Below, piece after piece: positions 51,210 through 63,686 of a stretch of 64,000 nt of DNA. The position numbers and the translations under genes are program-made. The stretch spans positions 14,818,001 through 14,882,000 of the forward strand of contig NC_043015.1 in NCBI RefSeq assembly GCF_006345805.1, read 5' to 3'. This DNA is from Octopus sinensis (lineage: Eukaryota). Numbering within the stretch: position 1 is the stretch's first letter; each line of letters starts with the position of its first letter. The notes beneath the pieces were generated by a model. That model saw only the letters and a list, made by a program, of their open reading frames with translations. It made no database searches and was not told the DNA's origin.

Positions 51210-54049
51210 TATATGCATACATACATATACATATATACACACATACACACACACACATATACATACACACACACACACACATACATACACATGAGAGAGA
51301 GAGCGCAAGAGAGCTATAATTGTGTGGGGATAAACTTGATCATTTCCACATCCCTAAAGGGTTTCTGTAGATGATATTAGTCAAAAATACTCATCAATTA
51401 TGACTATTTATGACACACAAAACATACATGAATCAAGAAATAACTCACTTTACTTACAATTTTAATAGACTCTACACACTTCTAACACTGCTGTACATTG
51501 AGCATTGCATTTTCTGCATCAAAACACAAATAGATATGTGTGCATACACACATGCATACAAACACACAAACATTTTGAACTGAATATACTCTCAATCATT
51601 TCAATATATCATCAATGTTTAATATAATAGACAGGAGGCAAAATGCATTTATCTATCTATATATATATATTATGTGTGTGTGTATATGTGTGTGTATCTA
51701 TATATATGTGTGTGTGTGTGTATGAATGTGTGCGTGTCTATATATATATATATGTATGTGTGTATGTACCTATATATATGTGTGTGTGTGTGTGTGTATG
51801 TCTCTCTCTCTCTATATATATATATATACTATATATAACTATACATCTGTATGTTTTATATATAACCTTCAATAAAACATTTAAAACCTAAAATTAATTG
51901 TTATTGTTCAACAATAGCTGCAAGCGCTCCTTTAATATCTTTCTTAATGTTTAGGAAGAAATGAATAACCACAGAAAATATTTTGTTGAAAACATTAATT
52001 CTATTTTCAAAACAGAATTGTCTGCTGAATAGATTTATCCCTGAAAATATACACATTTTTTTTCTTTTTTTTTTTTTTCTTTTCTTTTTTTTTTTTCCAC
52101 TTTTATCAGCTCAATATTTGGGTGGTTTTCATTAAAATATAACAACAAAACTTAGTGTAATTTATTTATTTCTTAACACTAACTAACATTTGGAATTTTA
52201 TCTCTGAAATATCTTATGAACTAGAGGTGTTTTTTGTTTTGTTTATTTATTTATCTTTTTTTTATGTGCTTGAAAGGTATAATGTTTAATTTAAATCAGA
52301 AACAGGTGATTGTGATGTTATGATTTCAACTCTCAGGAACTATATAGAGTTCTGTAACTTACTAGCTATGATAATAATTGATTTTTAATTTAGTTTCAGC
52401 AGTAATATATTTTGAGTTCAGCTTCTAACTCTCTTTCAAGGTTACCATACAACTCATTTAAGATATGCCTGAGTAGTCATTCTCTATGGTATGGAATGAA
52501 TCAATTTTGGGTTGTTTTTTTTTTTCTCTGTGTGGGTGTATGGAAATAGATCAACTGGTTAAATAACTTAATTCATTACATTTCTTTTTCTAATTTAACA
52601 AGTTTCAGCTAGACATTAACACTTAACACAGATGTCAAGATATATAACCAGGCTACTTATTCTTTAAAGTGGATTCACTCATTGAATTGCAGCAATATTG
52701 GGCCACCATATTTAATAGTTTTACTTGATAATATCGACCCCAATGCCTATTTAGCTTGGTGCTTATTTTATTTATCCCTACTTGCTGAATTGTTGAGTTA
52801 TAGGAAACAGAATTGGTTGGAGAGAATGTGTTGTGGCCTTATGTGTCCCAGACAGAGAGAACTAACTAACTGCTTGTTTTGTATTAATATCTTACCTATG
52901 TTTCAGTAAATATATTCTTTTAACCGATGGATAAAAATGTTGAAATTCTATGAATTTGTGGGATCAGAGCTAGCCAAAACATGTATTTCAATCAAAATAT
53001 TAGAGCTGAAGTGTATAGCAATTACATAATATAGTAAATAGAAAACCAGTGATAAGGTTAATTTTATATGCATATGAATTTGTATTAATCTGGAAAGCAC
53101 AAATTTGTCATCGAATTTAAGTGCAGTCTTTATACTGTTAAGTAGGTTGATGCTTATAACATTTTAGTTCCAAAATATAATTTATATCATGTAATTTAAT
53201 TGTGCCAGTATGGCCACAACCTCTGGTTAAAACCAATAAAATAACAAAGGAACATAAAGTGGTATCTGTTTATTTTGTTTTATGCTTGACTAACATTTTC
53301 AGTCAAACTGCAAGTGTTGCTCAATTAAAATATGGCAAGCTTATTTCCTATAAGCTTTTGGGAAAAGCTAAAGAATTTCCAAAGTTACCTAATAGAGAAC
53401 AGATTGTTTAAAGCTAAATAGCCATTAACACTCTGTTCTCTGGTAAGTGGAACTGTTATGAGGAGTTATTTCATTCAATCACCATTTCCTCTGAAAATTG
53501 ATTAAAAGACTGAGTTTTTGGCAAGACTTGTTTTTAGAAAGTAAAATATTTGTTTTCAGTTTACTGTATGTGAACATATTCTTGCTAATATGAGGTTAAT
53601 TTTTTGCATGGAGAAGTCAAAATCTGGCTTCAACAAGTAAAATATAGCATCATCATTGGCATTGTAAGTTGTGACTGGAACTTAACAATATTCAATATGA
53701 GACTTTTTGCAGTAGTCTAGAACAAGCTTACATAGCTCAGAAAGCAGCAAGAGCTATATTGTCTTGACAACTAAGCTTCTCTTGACTAAAATAGATTTTC
53801 ATAAAGAATTTTTAATATTCGCATTTAGGGAAAAGAAGATCTTGCATCTTACTTCTTCATCCCTGTATTAAAAATATCTTATTCTGCCAGGTTTGATAAC
53901 TTTTCATTTCTTTTTTATAAATAGATATTAGCTTCAAAATTATTATAGTCCACAACAGAAACCTCAGTTAGCCTTATACATCACACAGAACATGTACTGT
54001 TAAGATTTGTTCTAGAATTTCATCATCTTTATTACCACCACCACCACCA

Positions 54050-54457
54050 CCATCGCAACCATCATCATCTGTGTTTCATATGGGCATGGGTTTGACAGGA
54101 TCTGATGGGTCTAAGGACTGTGTCATGCTCCAGTGTTTGCTTTGTCATGGTTTCTATGGCTACTGGTGCTTTTCTAATGCCAACTGGTGCTCTTCTCATT
54201 CTATTGGCGCTTGTAAGGTCACCATGCAGCTTGCAAGCCTATGAAACCTGTGGTAGAAGGTGGGAAGCTTTATACTAGGAGATGGGATATTAAAGTATAA
54301 GAGAGGAGCAAGCAGGTTCTTGTAGAGGTGATATATGACTACTCACATTTAAAAGAGGTGGGGAAAATGCTCCATAGGAGCTGCAAAAAGATAAATAATA
54401 AATAGGGATGATAAGGTGTTCAGGTGGCTCCTCAAGGAACAAGATGAGTAAAAGCAT
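54050..54457 (-). mobile_element. RTE 3'UTR and tail fragment
   Basis: Colinear with 9240-9600 and 13170-13560 (ggtttgacaggatctga..aaggactg, gtcaccatgcagcttgcaa). Confidence 0.7.
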
Positions 54458-54535
54458 GAACCCTTAAAGCTTTTAAAAATTTGCTAATTCTAACTTTTCT
54501 AATTTTTCTAATATCAAAAATTATCTTCATTTCAG

Positions 54536-54634
54536 GTTGATATCTAGAAGTCATTATGTAAAATTTGGTAAAATATATGTATGATTTAATTATTACTGTG
54601 TTTGTAAAAGAAATATACTCTGTTGATATTGATG
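54536..54634 (+). other. Candidate cassette (poison) exon, 99 nt
   Basis: Acceptor ttatcttcatttcag|G, donor ATG|gtaagt, four CTAAY motifs at 54484-54513; in-frame TAG at 54545-54547. Confidence 0.4.
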
Positions 54635-54760
54635 GTAAGTTTTCTTGTTACTTGGCATGTAATTAAATTTTGATAATCAAGCTTGTAAAGGATTAACTGA
54701 AACTTTTGCTTTCATGAATGATTCTTCAAATATTGATAAAGATATTTTACATTATTCTAG

Positions 54761-54808
54761 GCATCAACTTGGGAAGGCACTTATGATCCTGACACTGAAA
54801 GGAATAAG
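54761..54808 (+). CDS. GPCR exon F (ASTWEGTYDPDTERNK; ICL3)
   Basis: Acceptor attattctag, donor AAG|gtatga; 48 nt, phase 0 to 0; bridges TM5 and TM6 in frame. Confidence 0.85.
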
Positions 54809-55454
54809 GTATGAATTATCTAAACATTTTATGTATCTCCTAAAACTTACTTTAATACTTATTCTACCTTACCATTCTCTTGGGTTGTCAGATGAATTCT
54901 GTTTGTTTTTCCTACTTGATATTCCATTGTCATACGTCTGAAAAGAGGTAAATCTTATTTAAATTTCAAAAACAATAAACAAAAGCTGTAGTGGAAGACT
55001 AGAGTTGCAAAAAAGTCATTAAATACCATGATAAAAATAATTTTCATATTAATTCAAATAACATTGGAAAGAATTAAAATAAATGGGGAGAAGAAAAAAT
55101 GAGACAAAAACAAATAAATTTATTTGACAATGTAATAGTTATGCCATCACATTCTCCATCAGTTTTCATTTCTGCACCTTTCTATCTTTATACCCTCAAA
55201 TTTCAACTACCTTGTGGTACCAACTATGTAGTACAAGACAGTTGCAACATGTGTGTGTATATATATATTTGTATATATATATATACTTTTGTTATGGCTG
55301 CAAAATAATCACAAAAACTATTACTCAGGGTTTTTGTGATTATTTTGCAGTTTTAATAAAAGCATATTACTCTACCTTTGATAATTGTGTACTATTTTTC
55401 CCACCTTGTTTTGCACTTATGTGCTTACCTCTGTGTATGTATATATATGTGTGT

Positions 55455-55505
<51 letters not shown>

Positions 55506-56766
55506 AAGCCAAAAGTACACTATGCAACCTCTAGTACTTGCTGTGGTCTTCAAAGCCTTGTAACCTCAATTGAACACTACATTATTCCCATTATATACTG
55601 TATTATACCAAATGTATTGTTGGCTTTGTCTTTCATACTTATGTCAATTAAATAAAATACCAGCTCAAAATGGTGGATTGGCAAAACTGTTAGAATGTTG
55701 GCTGAGATGTCTTGTGCTATCTGTTTCAGCTTTTTGTATTCTAAGTTCAGATCATACCTATGTTGATGGTGAGGGCTAAATCACCTGCCCAGGGGTGCAT
55801 CTTGTTTAATCTACATTTGGTAGGTCCTACAACCAGCATTGATAATTCTCTAATGCCATGCTGATGCTTCATTTAGCAGTGAATTGACAAGAGCTTGAAA
55901 GACTACTAGATGCATAATCCACATTACATTATGTAATTATGATATTATACAGACTGTAATACTGGTTGGACATTCATTGTTGCCATTTTATATCCAGTTT
56001 ACCAGCTTCTATTATTGTCCTTTTCTATCATTTTTATATATTACTATATCCTCACCGGTTGCTGATATATGCTACTATATACTTAGTCGTATCCACCATT
56101 CATAGTTATGATCACCATTCATAACTGTAATCAACCATTGATAAAAATAACCAATGTACTAATATTGCACCATGAATAATTTGTATTGTTGCTAGAAAGA
56201 CTTAATTTGTTTTTAATAAATACAAATATTCTACAACATACTACATTTATAAATTGTGCAGAAAATAAAATTATCACACTAATAATAGTTGTTTATTGTT
56301 TTGACTGCTGGAGATAAAACAAATAAAAAAGCAGTAATACTAGTGCACCTTGCATGGAATGTTATGATGAATTATGTTTTAAAGTTAGAAATTTAGAAAC
56401 AATATTAAAAAAAAACTGTTGCTTAGTTTATTTTCATACTTGTGTGTAACAAAATTATGAATAACATGTTTCCCTAACCACTCAAGCATTATATTTTTTA
56501 AAATCCATGGTGCACATGGGTACACTTTACAGCACACCAATGTGTCGTAGTGCATGTTTTGAGAACCACTTCCCTACAATATATTCTGTTCTTAAATTAT
56601 AAATAAACTTCTAAAACTTTGTTCCTGCATAAAAAGTTTATCTGCAGTTAGGCTATTCCTTTAAAGTAGTTTGAACTTTGCTGAAACCCACCATATTAAC
56701 AGTATTCAAATATATTCATTGTATTAAATGATTGTGAATAAATCTCTTTTGATTATATTTCTTTAG

Positions 56767-56849
56767 CAAATGCTGAAAGAAGACATAAAGCCTTTAAGGG
56801 GCTATCCCTTTGTTTACTTAGCAGTTTCCATTTTTCCATTGGTGAATAG
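56767..56849 (+). CDS. GPCR exon G (QMLKEDIKPLRGYPFVYLAVSIFPLVN-R; TM6)
   Basis: Acceptor tatttctttag, donor AG|gtgagt; 83 nt, phase 0 to 2; family-typical L..YP..Y motif. Confidence 0.92.
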
Positions 56850-58139
56850 GTGAGTACACAGTTTGCACCAACATTTCCCTAAGCTGTTTTCACAGGTTTC
56901 ATATCACTATAAGAATATATCACGATAAGAATGGTAGTAAATATAACGAAATCAGTGGAATATTGGATTAAATACATCAAAGTATTGTTTAATTCATATG
57001 TGACTGAGTTCAAGTTCCATACAAGTTGACTTTATCTTCCATCCTTCCAGGCTCCATAGAATAAAAAGAGTATCAACTACAGACTGTTGCCTTTGAAAAA
57101 TTGACTTTGCTTTTAGTGAAGAGAAATCCATTTATAATTATTGATTTCTTACATTGTCACAAGAGCATAAATATGTGAGGAAAAGTTGTACTCAGTTGAA
57201 TTAACTTACAGAAGCAGTTTAACTACATGCATGCTTCCTTTTCTATTGAAATTGAAAAAGGTGGAAGATAATAAAAAAGCCAGACCAAGTAGGATTTGAA
57301 GTCAAACTGATGTACACTCTGACACGCTCATTTCTACCAACTTTCCAAATATTTCTTCTTCATGTGCCAAACCAACATGGACCTCCATCCTTTCCTCTCC
57401 CACACACAATATAGCACAGTAGTGCAGCAGTTTTCTGTGTCCTCTTGGTCAGTCATTGAGTATCTTCTCTCTTTACCATCTTCTCTGTTATTTTCCTTTT
57501 AATTTTCCAGTTGTCACTTAGTGTTCAATGCATTGTCTTCTCCAAATCCTAAATTGGTTAATCTTTTCATAAATCTTTTTTGGATCCATCCTCCTCAGCC
57601 ACCTAACTGAACTTGCCTTCATCTTAACTTGCTTCTCTTTCTCTGTTGAGTTTCACATAAATATTTAGCAGCCTAATTATCGAGACTAAAATGGACCAAA
57701 CTCTTTACAGGAGATATTAAGACTGATGTCATTACATATTTCTGTAATCTGATAATACCAGAGTTATATGGCTACTGTATAAAATACTGCATCAGAGAAG
57801 ATTCCTTTGGGAAAGAAAAACTACTAAATTGAACTAAAAATAAAGAGTCTACTAAATGAGATCCCCATTGTGATCATTGATGAACTTTTAAAGGATAACC
57901 ATCTTATTTAGTTGAATCTATATCTTTAGCTCCTATCCAATTCAGTAGGTTTCCTTTATAAGAATTTTACCTTTATACAATGAAGGATCAAAGGTGACTT
58001 CTTTATATAATTTGTTTCTATATTGTGTTGTATGTCATCTCTGCTGTTCTGAACATTCCACTCTGTTTTAATGTACTTAATAAATATAAGAATAAATAAG
58101 ACTTAAATAACATTTATAAGAATGAAAAATATCATCACC

Positions 58140-58580
58140 TCAAAAGATATCACATTGCACTTAAAATTGAGGCCAGGGGCAGAATTCTGGACAATGTATG
58201 CAACAATGGAGGAGAAATAGAAGCCTTTGTGATATGGATATTTTTGCATATTGGATAGGATGATCTGGAAAGACAGAGTAACAAATACTGCAGTACTAGA
58301 AAAGCTGAAAGTCTAAGGACACCTTTTGTTGAGAATCCAGTTCATGAAGCTGTCATATTTTGATCTACAATGCACTATGATTTATTGACCAAGACTGTCC
58401 TGATAAGAAGTGGGAAATGAAAAGACTAAGAGGCCATCAAAAAGTTTGTGGTCTGACAACCTCTAAGAATAAACTGGAAAAAAGTGCCTGGCTGAATGTA
58501 TGCATGTAGCACAACACAGTGGGAACTAGAGAATCTTGGCAAGCCGACCTCTGGTTACTGAGAGGGCACCTGGCTGATGG
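58140..58580 (+). mobile_element. Decayed RTE (BovB-like) LINE 3' fragment
   Basis: GAEFWTM, IEAFVIWIF, WKDRVTNTAVLEKLKV and KLSYF remnants; ends just before the mariner. Confidence 0.55.
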
Positions 58581-58597
58581 TAAAATGAATATATTGA

Positions 58598-59864
58598 TTG
58601 GGTTGACAAGAAAGTAATTTCGTTTTTTACAAATAGATAGTTACGATTTTTTTTAATGACTTTTGTCAATGTTAGGATTTTATTCCTTGTGACATTTGAT
58701 AACTATTACTTTTAGCTTACTTTTGAAGCAAATTGCACATAATTTTGTTTACAGCTGTTAGTTCAGTGTCAATTTTAACATGTAGTATAAAAAGGAACAT
58801 TTTCACCATATTTAATTTTTTTTATTTCCATAAAAGCAAGAAAGCTGCTGAGGCTCATAAAGAGATATGTGAAGTTTATGGTGTTGATTGCTTAACAGAA
58901 TGCACATGTCAGAAATGGTTTAAACAGTTCCATTCTGGAGATTTTTCACTCAAAGATGACCAACATTCTGGTCAACTTACTGAAGTTGATGATGACTGAA
59001 AAAAAGCCATAGTTGAATCTAATTGTCATATAACTGTGCGAGAGATTGCAGAGAGGTTAAATGTGTCACATACAGCAATTGAAAATCACTTAAAATGTCT
59101 TGGACTCGTTAAGAAACTCAATATTTGGGTTCCACATAAATTGAAAGAGATTCACTTAACACAACAAATCAATATTTGTCATATGCATCTCAAACACAGG
59201 GAAATTGACCTTTGTTTGAAACCAATCTTCACTGGTGATGAAAGGTGGATTGTCTACAATAGCATCAATCAAAAACGATCATGGTCCAAGCATAATGAAC
59301 CAGTACAAACCACATCAAATGCTGAATTGCATTCATAAAAGGTCATGCTACCAATTTGGTGGGATTAGAAAGGTGTAGTGTATTTTAAACTACTTCCAAG
59401 GAACCAAACGATCAATTCAGATGTTTACTGTAAACAACTAATGAAACTGGAAGAAGCAATAAAAAAAAAATGGCCAGAATTGGCAAATTGTAAAGAAATC
59501 GTGTTCCACTGACATCTTTACTAACTCGTAACAAATTATTGGAGCTTGATTGAGAAGTGATGTCACATCCACCATATAGCCCTGACCTTGCACCATCAGA
59601 TTACCATTTATTTCATAGTTTGCAAAATTTTTTGAATGATAAAACTTTCAATAACGATGATGACATGAAATCGCACCTGCTTCAGTTTTTGGCTGATAAA
59701 GACCAGAAGTTCTATGAGCATTGAATCATGAAGTTGCCAGAAAGATGGCAAAAGGTCATTGCACAAAATGAAAAGTATATAATTGATTAAAGTTCATTCT
59801 TTGTATGAAAAAAATTACTTTTATTGCACACTAAAAAACCGAAATTACTTTCTTGCCAACCCAA
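58598..59864 (+). mobile_element. Full-length but inactivated mariner (Tc1/mariner, DD34D) transposon
   Basis: TIRs ttgggttgacaagaaagtaatttcg and cgaaattactttcttgccaacccaa. TA follows the right end; the left TA is displaced by an attg micro-duplication. Transposase remnants include KKAAEAHKEICEVYG, WVPHKL, TGDERW and HPPYSPDLAPSDYHLF. There are several stops and a deletion across the second Asp (HxDNA) motif. Confidence 0.95.
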
Positions 59865-59877
59865 TATATTACAATTA

Positions 59878-60727
59878 CGTGGAAAAATGCGAACAAGAGA
59901 AATAATATTCTAAACATTATAAACCTGGAAAATTACAGGACAAGTTATTCCACTTGGAAAAGTTCAGGACAAGTTATTACATCTGGTAAAGTACAGAATA
60001 AGAAAATTTTTACTTAAAATATTGCAGCTAAGGATAAGATTTCAAATAAAATATTTAGATTTAGAAAATATTAGCTTTTATTAAAACTAAAATTTTTATT
60101 ACAAGTTATTACTTGTTACTTCTATTAAAAATAACTCAATTAGAATACTTTTTGCACTTCAAAAAAATTCATATTTTTAATTATTAATTAATAATCAGAA
60201 ATTTGAAAATAGGTTATAAAAATAATAGTATACATAATTAGTTAGTACAATAAATAGAATAATACGAAAACTAGTTATATATTACAGTAAAATCTACCTA
60301 TAACAACAAATTCACAGTAAAATTTGCTTAAGTTACTGCCTAAAGTCTTCAAATTTTTAGTCTTGACCCAATGCCTATTTTTTTACATAATGAATTTGCC
60401 TACCATACATACTATTCTACTTTGCACAAAACTTTAGCTATATTGGACTTCGGGCTCTCATTTTTTAAGTATTCTAGTGTGTCAATATTCTAACAAAATG
60501 ATGGTACCGTTTTTAATTATAATGTTACTTTGTAAATTAAAATCAAATAATTTTTAATATTCAAATTTTATCCTTAGCTGCAATATTTTAAGTAAAAATT
60601 TTCTTGTTCTGTACTTTACCAGATGTAATAATTTGTCCTGAACTTTTCCAAATGTAATAACTTGTCCTGTAATTTTCCAGGTTTATAATGTTATGAATAT
60701 TATTTCTCTTCCTCGCATTTTTCCATG
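59878..60727. mobile_element. Fold-back/MITE, 850 bp, about 160-bp TIRs, TA-flanked
   Basis: 59878-60037 is the reverse complement of 60568-60727 with few mismatches. Each arm has about three 29-bp sub-repeats. TA at 59876-59877 and 60728-60729; non-coding AT-rich core. Confidence 0.88.
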
Positions 60728-61609
60728 TAGTTCATGTTTTTTCCAGGCTATGCTATTATACTAATTAATATTGAGTCAGCTGTGTCAATTAGCAGTGTTG
60801 TTGATAATTTTGTCCTTACCTCAATGACGCTGGTGACATATATAAAAGTCCCCTTATAGAACTATATTCATAAAAAAGTATAGAACTATATTATTATCAC
60901 CCTCAAGTTTGAGAAACAAACACTCGTAACTTTTTTTTCTTTTAAAACTCCATTGCATGAGATTGATACCATGAAATTCCTCGAATTGAGTTCTATCTTA
61001 ATTAAAATATAGTTTGTTTGTTTTTTAAATAAAAGAATTAATTATACTTAAATCCAATTTTTCTGCCTTATATTTTTATTCATGATATTTTACCTCACAA
61101 CTTTTTTGATGCAAATTTTTGTTGCGTGGGACCAAAACTATGAAATTCTTCATGCTTTCTTCTATCATTGAAGCTAAGATAAATATATTTTTCTTTTAAA
61201 ATAAAAAATTATTTAGACCTAAACTTGATTGGTGGCGTTGCTACAAATTTTGATGTAAACTTTTTTCTACTGGATCAAATCTCAATTGTTTTTTATGCCA
61301 AAATGTAGCTAGGGGCCAGTCCTCTTCAAAAATGTTAACAGTTTTCAATTTGTTTAAGAACTGAATTAGCGACAAGCTCTGAATGATGCTACATGTGAGT
61401 AAATTGTGGCCTTAAGAATATTATTCAACTACTACCATAGTTGATTTGATATGGTAAAAAAAAATGATGGCATGAAGTTTTCCTATAATAGTGTTTTGAC
61501 AGTCATGGATGTCAGAATCATGAATGTAATTTGACTAGCTACAGCTAACTTCATTTGTAATGCAGCTTTTTTTTTTTTCTGGTGTTATATAGTTATTTTT
61601 TTATTTCAG

Positions 61610-61686
61610 AATTCAAAATGCCATCAGCAGTGGGAATCCTGTTTTTACATTAGTTCTACTTGCATCAATTTCCAGTCCTTTACATG
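61610..61686 (+). CDS. GPCR exon H (R-IQNAISSGNPVFTLVLLASISSPLH-G; ECL3/TM7)
   Basis: Acceptor ttttttatttcag, donor G|gtaagt; 77 nt, phase 2 to 1. Confidence 0.92.
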
Positions 61687-61869
61687 GTAAGTTTTTGCTC
61701 TTTGTATTGACTAAAACATTACTTAAAGTATGTCAGGTGTTATCTACATCATAGGATCTTGAGATGTGATCTGATGTATATCATAACATACGATTTCAAG
61801 CTCCTAAACTACCAATTGTAAAATACTTCATTTTACTTATGATATGTCTATCACAAAAAAAAAAGGTTA

Positions 61870-62085
61870 GAAGTCCTTTCCAAGCCATAGGCTCATAAGG
61901 CCAATTACCCAAATTCTGTGGCATATATATTTTCCCCCTGGATGAGACACGGGTCCATTCCAAGATTACTCACTTTTACCAGCTGAGTGGACTGGAGCAA
62001 TGTGAAATGAAGTGTTTTGCTCAAGAACACAATACATCACCCAGCCCAGGAATTGAAACTACAGTATTACAATCATGAATACCAC
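61870..62085 (-). mobile_element. SINE family C variant
   Basis: ccagctgagtggactggagcaatgtgaaatgaagtgttttgctcaagaacac, as at about 9750 and 29150. Confidence 0.7.
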
Positions 62086-62089
62086 TCTC

Positions 62090-62370
62090 TCTTTCTCTCT
62101 TACTTGTTTCAGTCATTTGATTGTGGCCATGCTGGAGCACCGCCTTTAGTTGAGCAAATCGACCCCATAACTTATTCTTTGGAAGCCTAGTACTTATTCT
62201 ATCCATCTCTTTTGCCGAACCGCTAAGTTACCAGGACATAAACACACCATCATCGGTTGTCAAGCAATGTTGGTGGGGGAGGGGAACAAACATATACACA
62301 CACATACATACATATATATGTACATATATACGACAGGCTTCTTTCAGTTTCCATCTACCAAATCCACTCA
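62090..62370 (-). mobile_element. SINE family A, near full length
   Basis: Close reverse complement of 2810-3090 (ttactcttttacttgtttcagtc-like end...gccgaaccgctaagtta...aaatccactca). Confidence 0.85.
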
Positions 62371-62915
62371 CTGTATATCAATAATTATTAATATAATAAA
62401 TCATTTAAGAACTACTGTACTGTATTACATGTCAGTAAGTACACTGAAGATAAGTACTAATACTGAAGTATTATATGTAATATGTAATAAGTACTATTAT
62501 GGTACTACATGTTAATATACAATAATAAGGTCATGAGAGTGGTCACTCAACTTGCTAAAAATAGCAGCCAGAAAGCATTCAAATCACATCCTGATACCAT
62601 AGAAAAGGATTCGTTGAATAATGTGATCATTGATGCAGTATGACTGTCAAAAATATGAGATCATCATGGGTATTACTGGTATGCTTGATCAGGGCTGACC
62701 TTGGGTTAAATAACAACAGCAGCAATGTATACGGCTGTGTTATTGTCAATGAGTACAACTTGAAATGTTGTTTAAGCCTTATTTATTCTTACATGTCTAA
62801 GAGTACTTCTGTAGAGGGGATAGAAGATAATCACTGGTACAAATAATGGAAACAATAACAGCAATTAGAAAATTACTATTTTTAAATCTCACAAGAGATA
62901 TTCTGCAACAGTACC

Positions 62916-63101
62916 TTGGAGTAGAGATTTTTGCCAACATAACATGGCAGTCCTGGTTTAGGATGAATGTTGCTGTAATTTAGCCTCAGAGGACACAGAT
63001 TGTGTTGTATATCCAGATGGAGACGATGTCTCCTGGGGCTAAATTACAGCAACATTCATCCTAAACCAGCCATGTTATATTGGCAAAAATCTTTACTCCA
63101 A
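62916..63101. repeat. Long palindromic element (about 75-bp arms, 31-nt loop)
   Basis: 62916-62995 versus 63027-63101: 5 mismatches, one 5-nt bulge, and a 33-bp uninterrupted run. Confidence 0.9.
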
Positions 63102-63149
63102 TAACAGCAATGATCTCGAACATACTGAAAATATGTATTACATTAATAA

Positions 63150-63195
<46 letters not shown>

Positions 63196-63199
63196 TACA

Positions 63200-63480
63200 A
63201 ATGCCTCTTCCCCAGGGGCAGAGACCACTTATACTAACTGCAGAACTAGCAGAAGGTTGAGAAAGTGCATCTATGGGCCAGAGGTTAGAGTGTGATTTTG
63301 GAGTGTAACTCTGTGGGCCAGAGCTTAAAGTGACTTCATGTAAATCAGATGATCAATCTTTCTTTGGATGCACTATAAGATGTATGATGTATATCAGCAG
63401 TGTCCCAGATGTGAGAGCAGTGCTCCAGTGTGGGCTTCACCTGAGCTTTATAGAAAGATAGTAGTTCTTAAGTTGTTATT
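63200..63480 (-). mobile_element. CR1/Jockey-group LINE fragment
   Basis: Minus strand gives FYKAQVKPTLEHCSHIWD (about 63404-63458) and PLAHRCTFS. Confidence 0.7.
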
Positions 63481-63514
63481 TTTCATCCTCCAATAACTTG
63501 GAGGATGAAAAATA
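63477..63514. repeat. Perfect 17-bp stem with 4-nt loop
   Basis: tatttttcatcctccaa-taac-ttggaggatgaaaaata. Confidence 0.92.
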
Positions 63515-63615
63515 TGATGTTTTTTTGATGCCCATGAATGATTTTCAGAGTTAAAATACCACCTTAAGAGAAAAGGAACCCAGACTAATGTCTTTCATAA
63601 AAATCCTTATTACAG

Positions 63616-63686
63616 GTGCTCTAAATGCTATTGTGTTTGGAATGGACAGAAGCATATTTCAACAACTTACACCTTCACAAATAAAG
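63616..63686 (+). CDS. GPCR exon I (G-ALNAIVFGMDRSIFQQLTPSQIK; end of TM7/helix 8)
   Basis: Acceptor ccttattacag, donor AAG|gtaagt; 71 nt. PLxG.LNAIVF resembles the PxQGxxNxxxY motif of CAR-like receptors. No stop codon, so the gene continues past the window. Confidence 0.92.

Noticed and set aside
52056-52160. Very long polypyrimidine tract ending in cag (strong acceptor)
   Set aside because: Followed by an early stop and no good donor; the E-F-G exons already join in frame without it.
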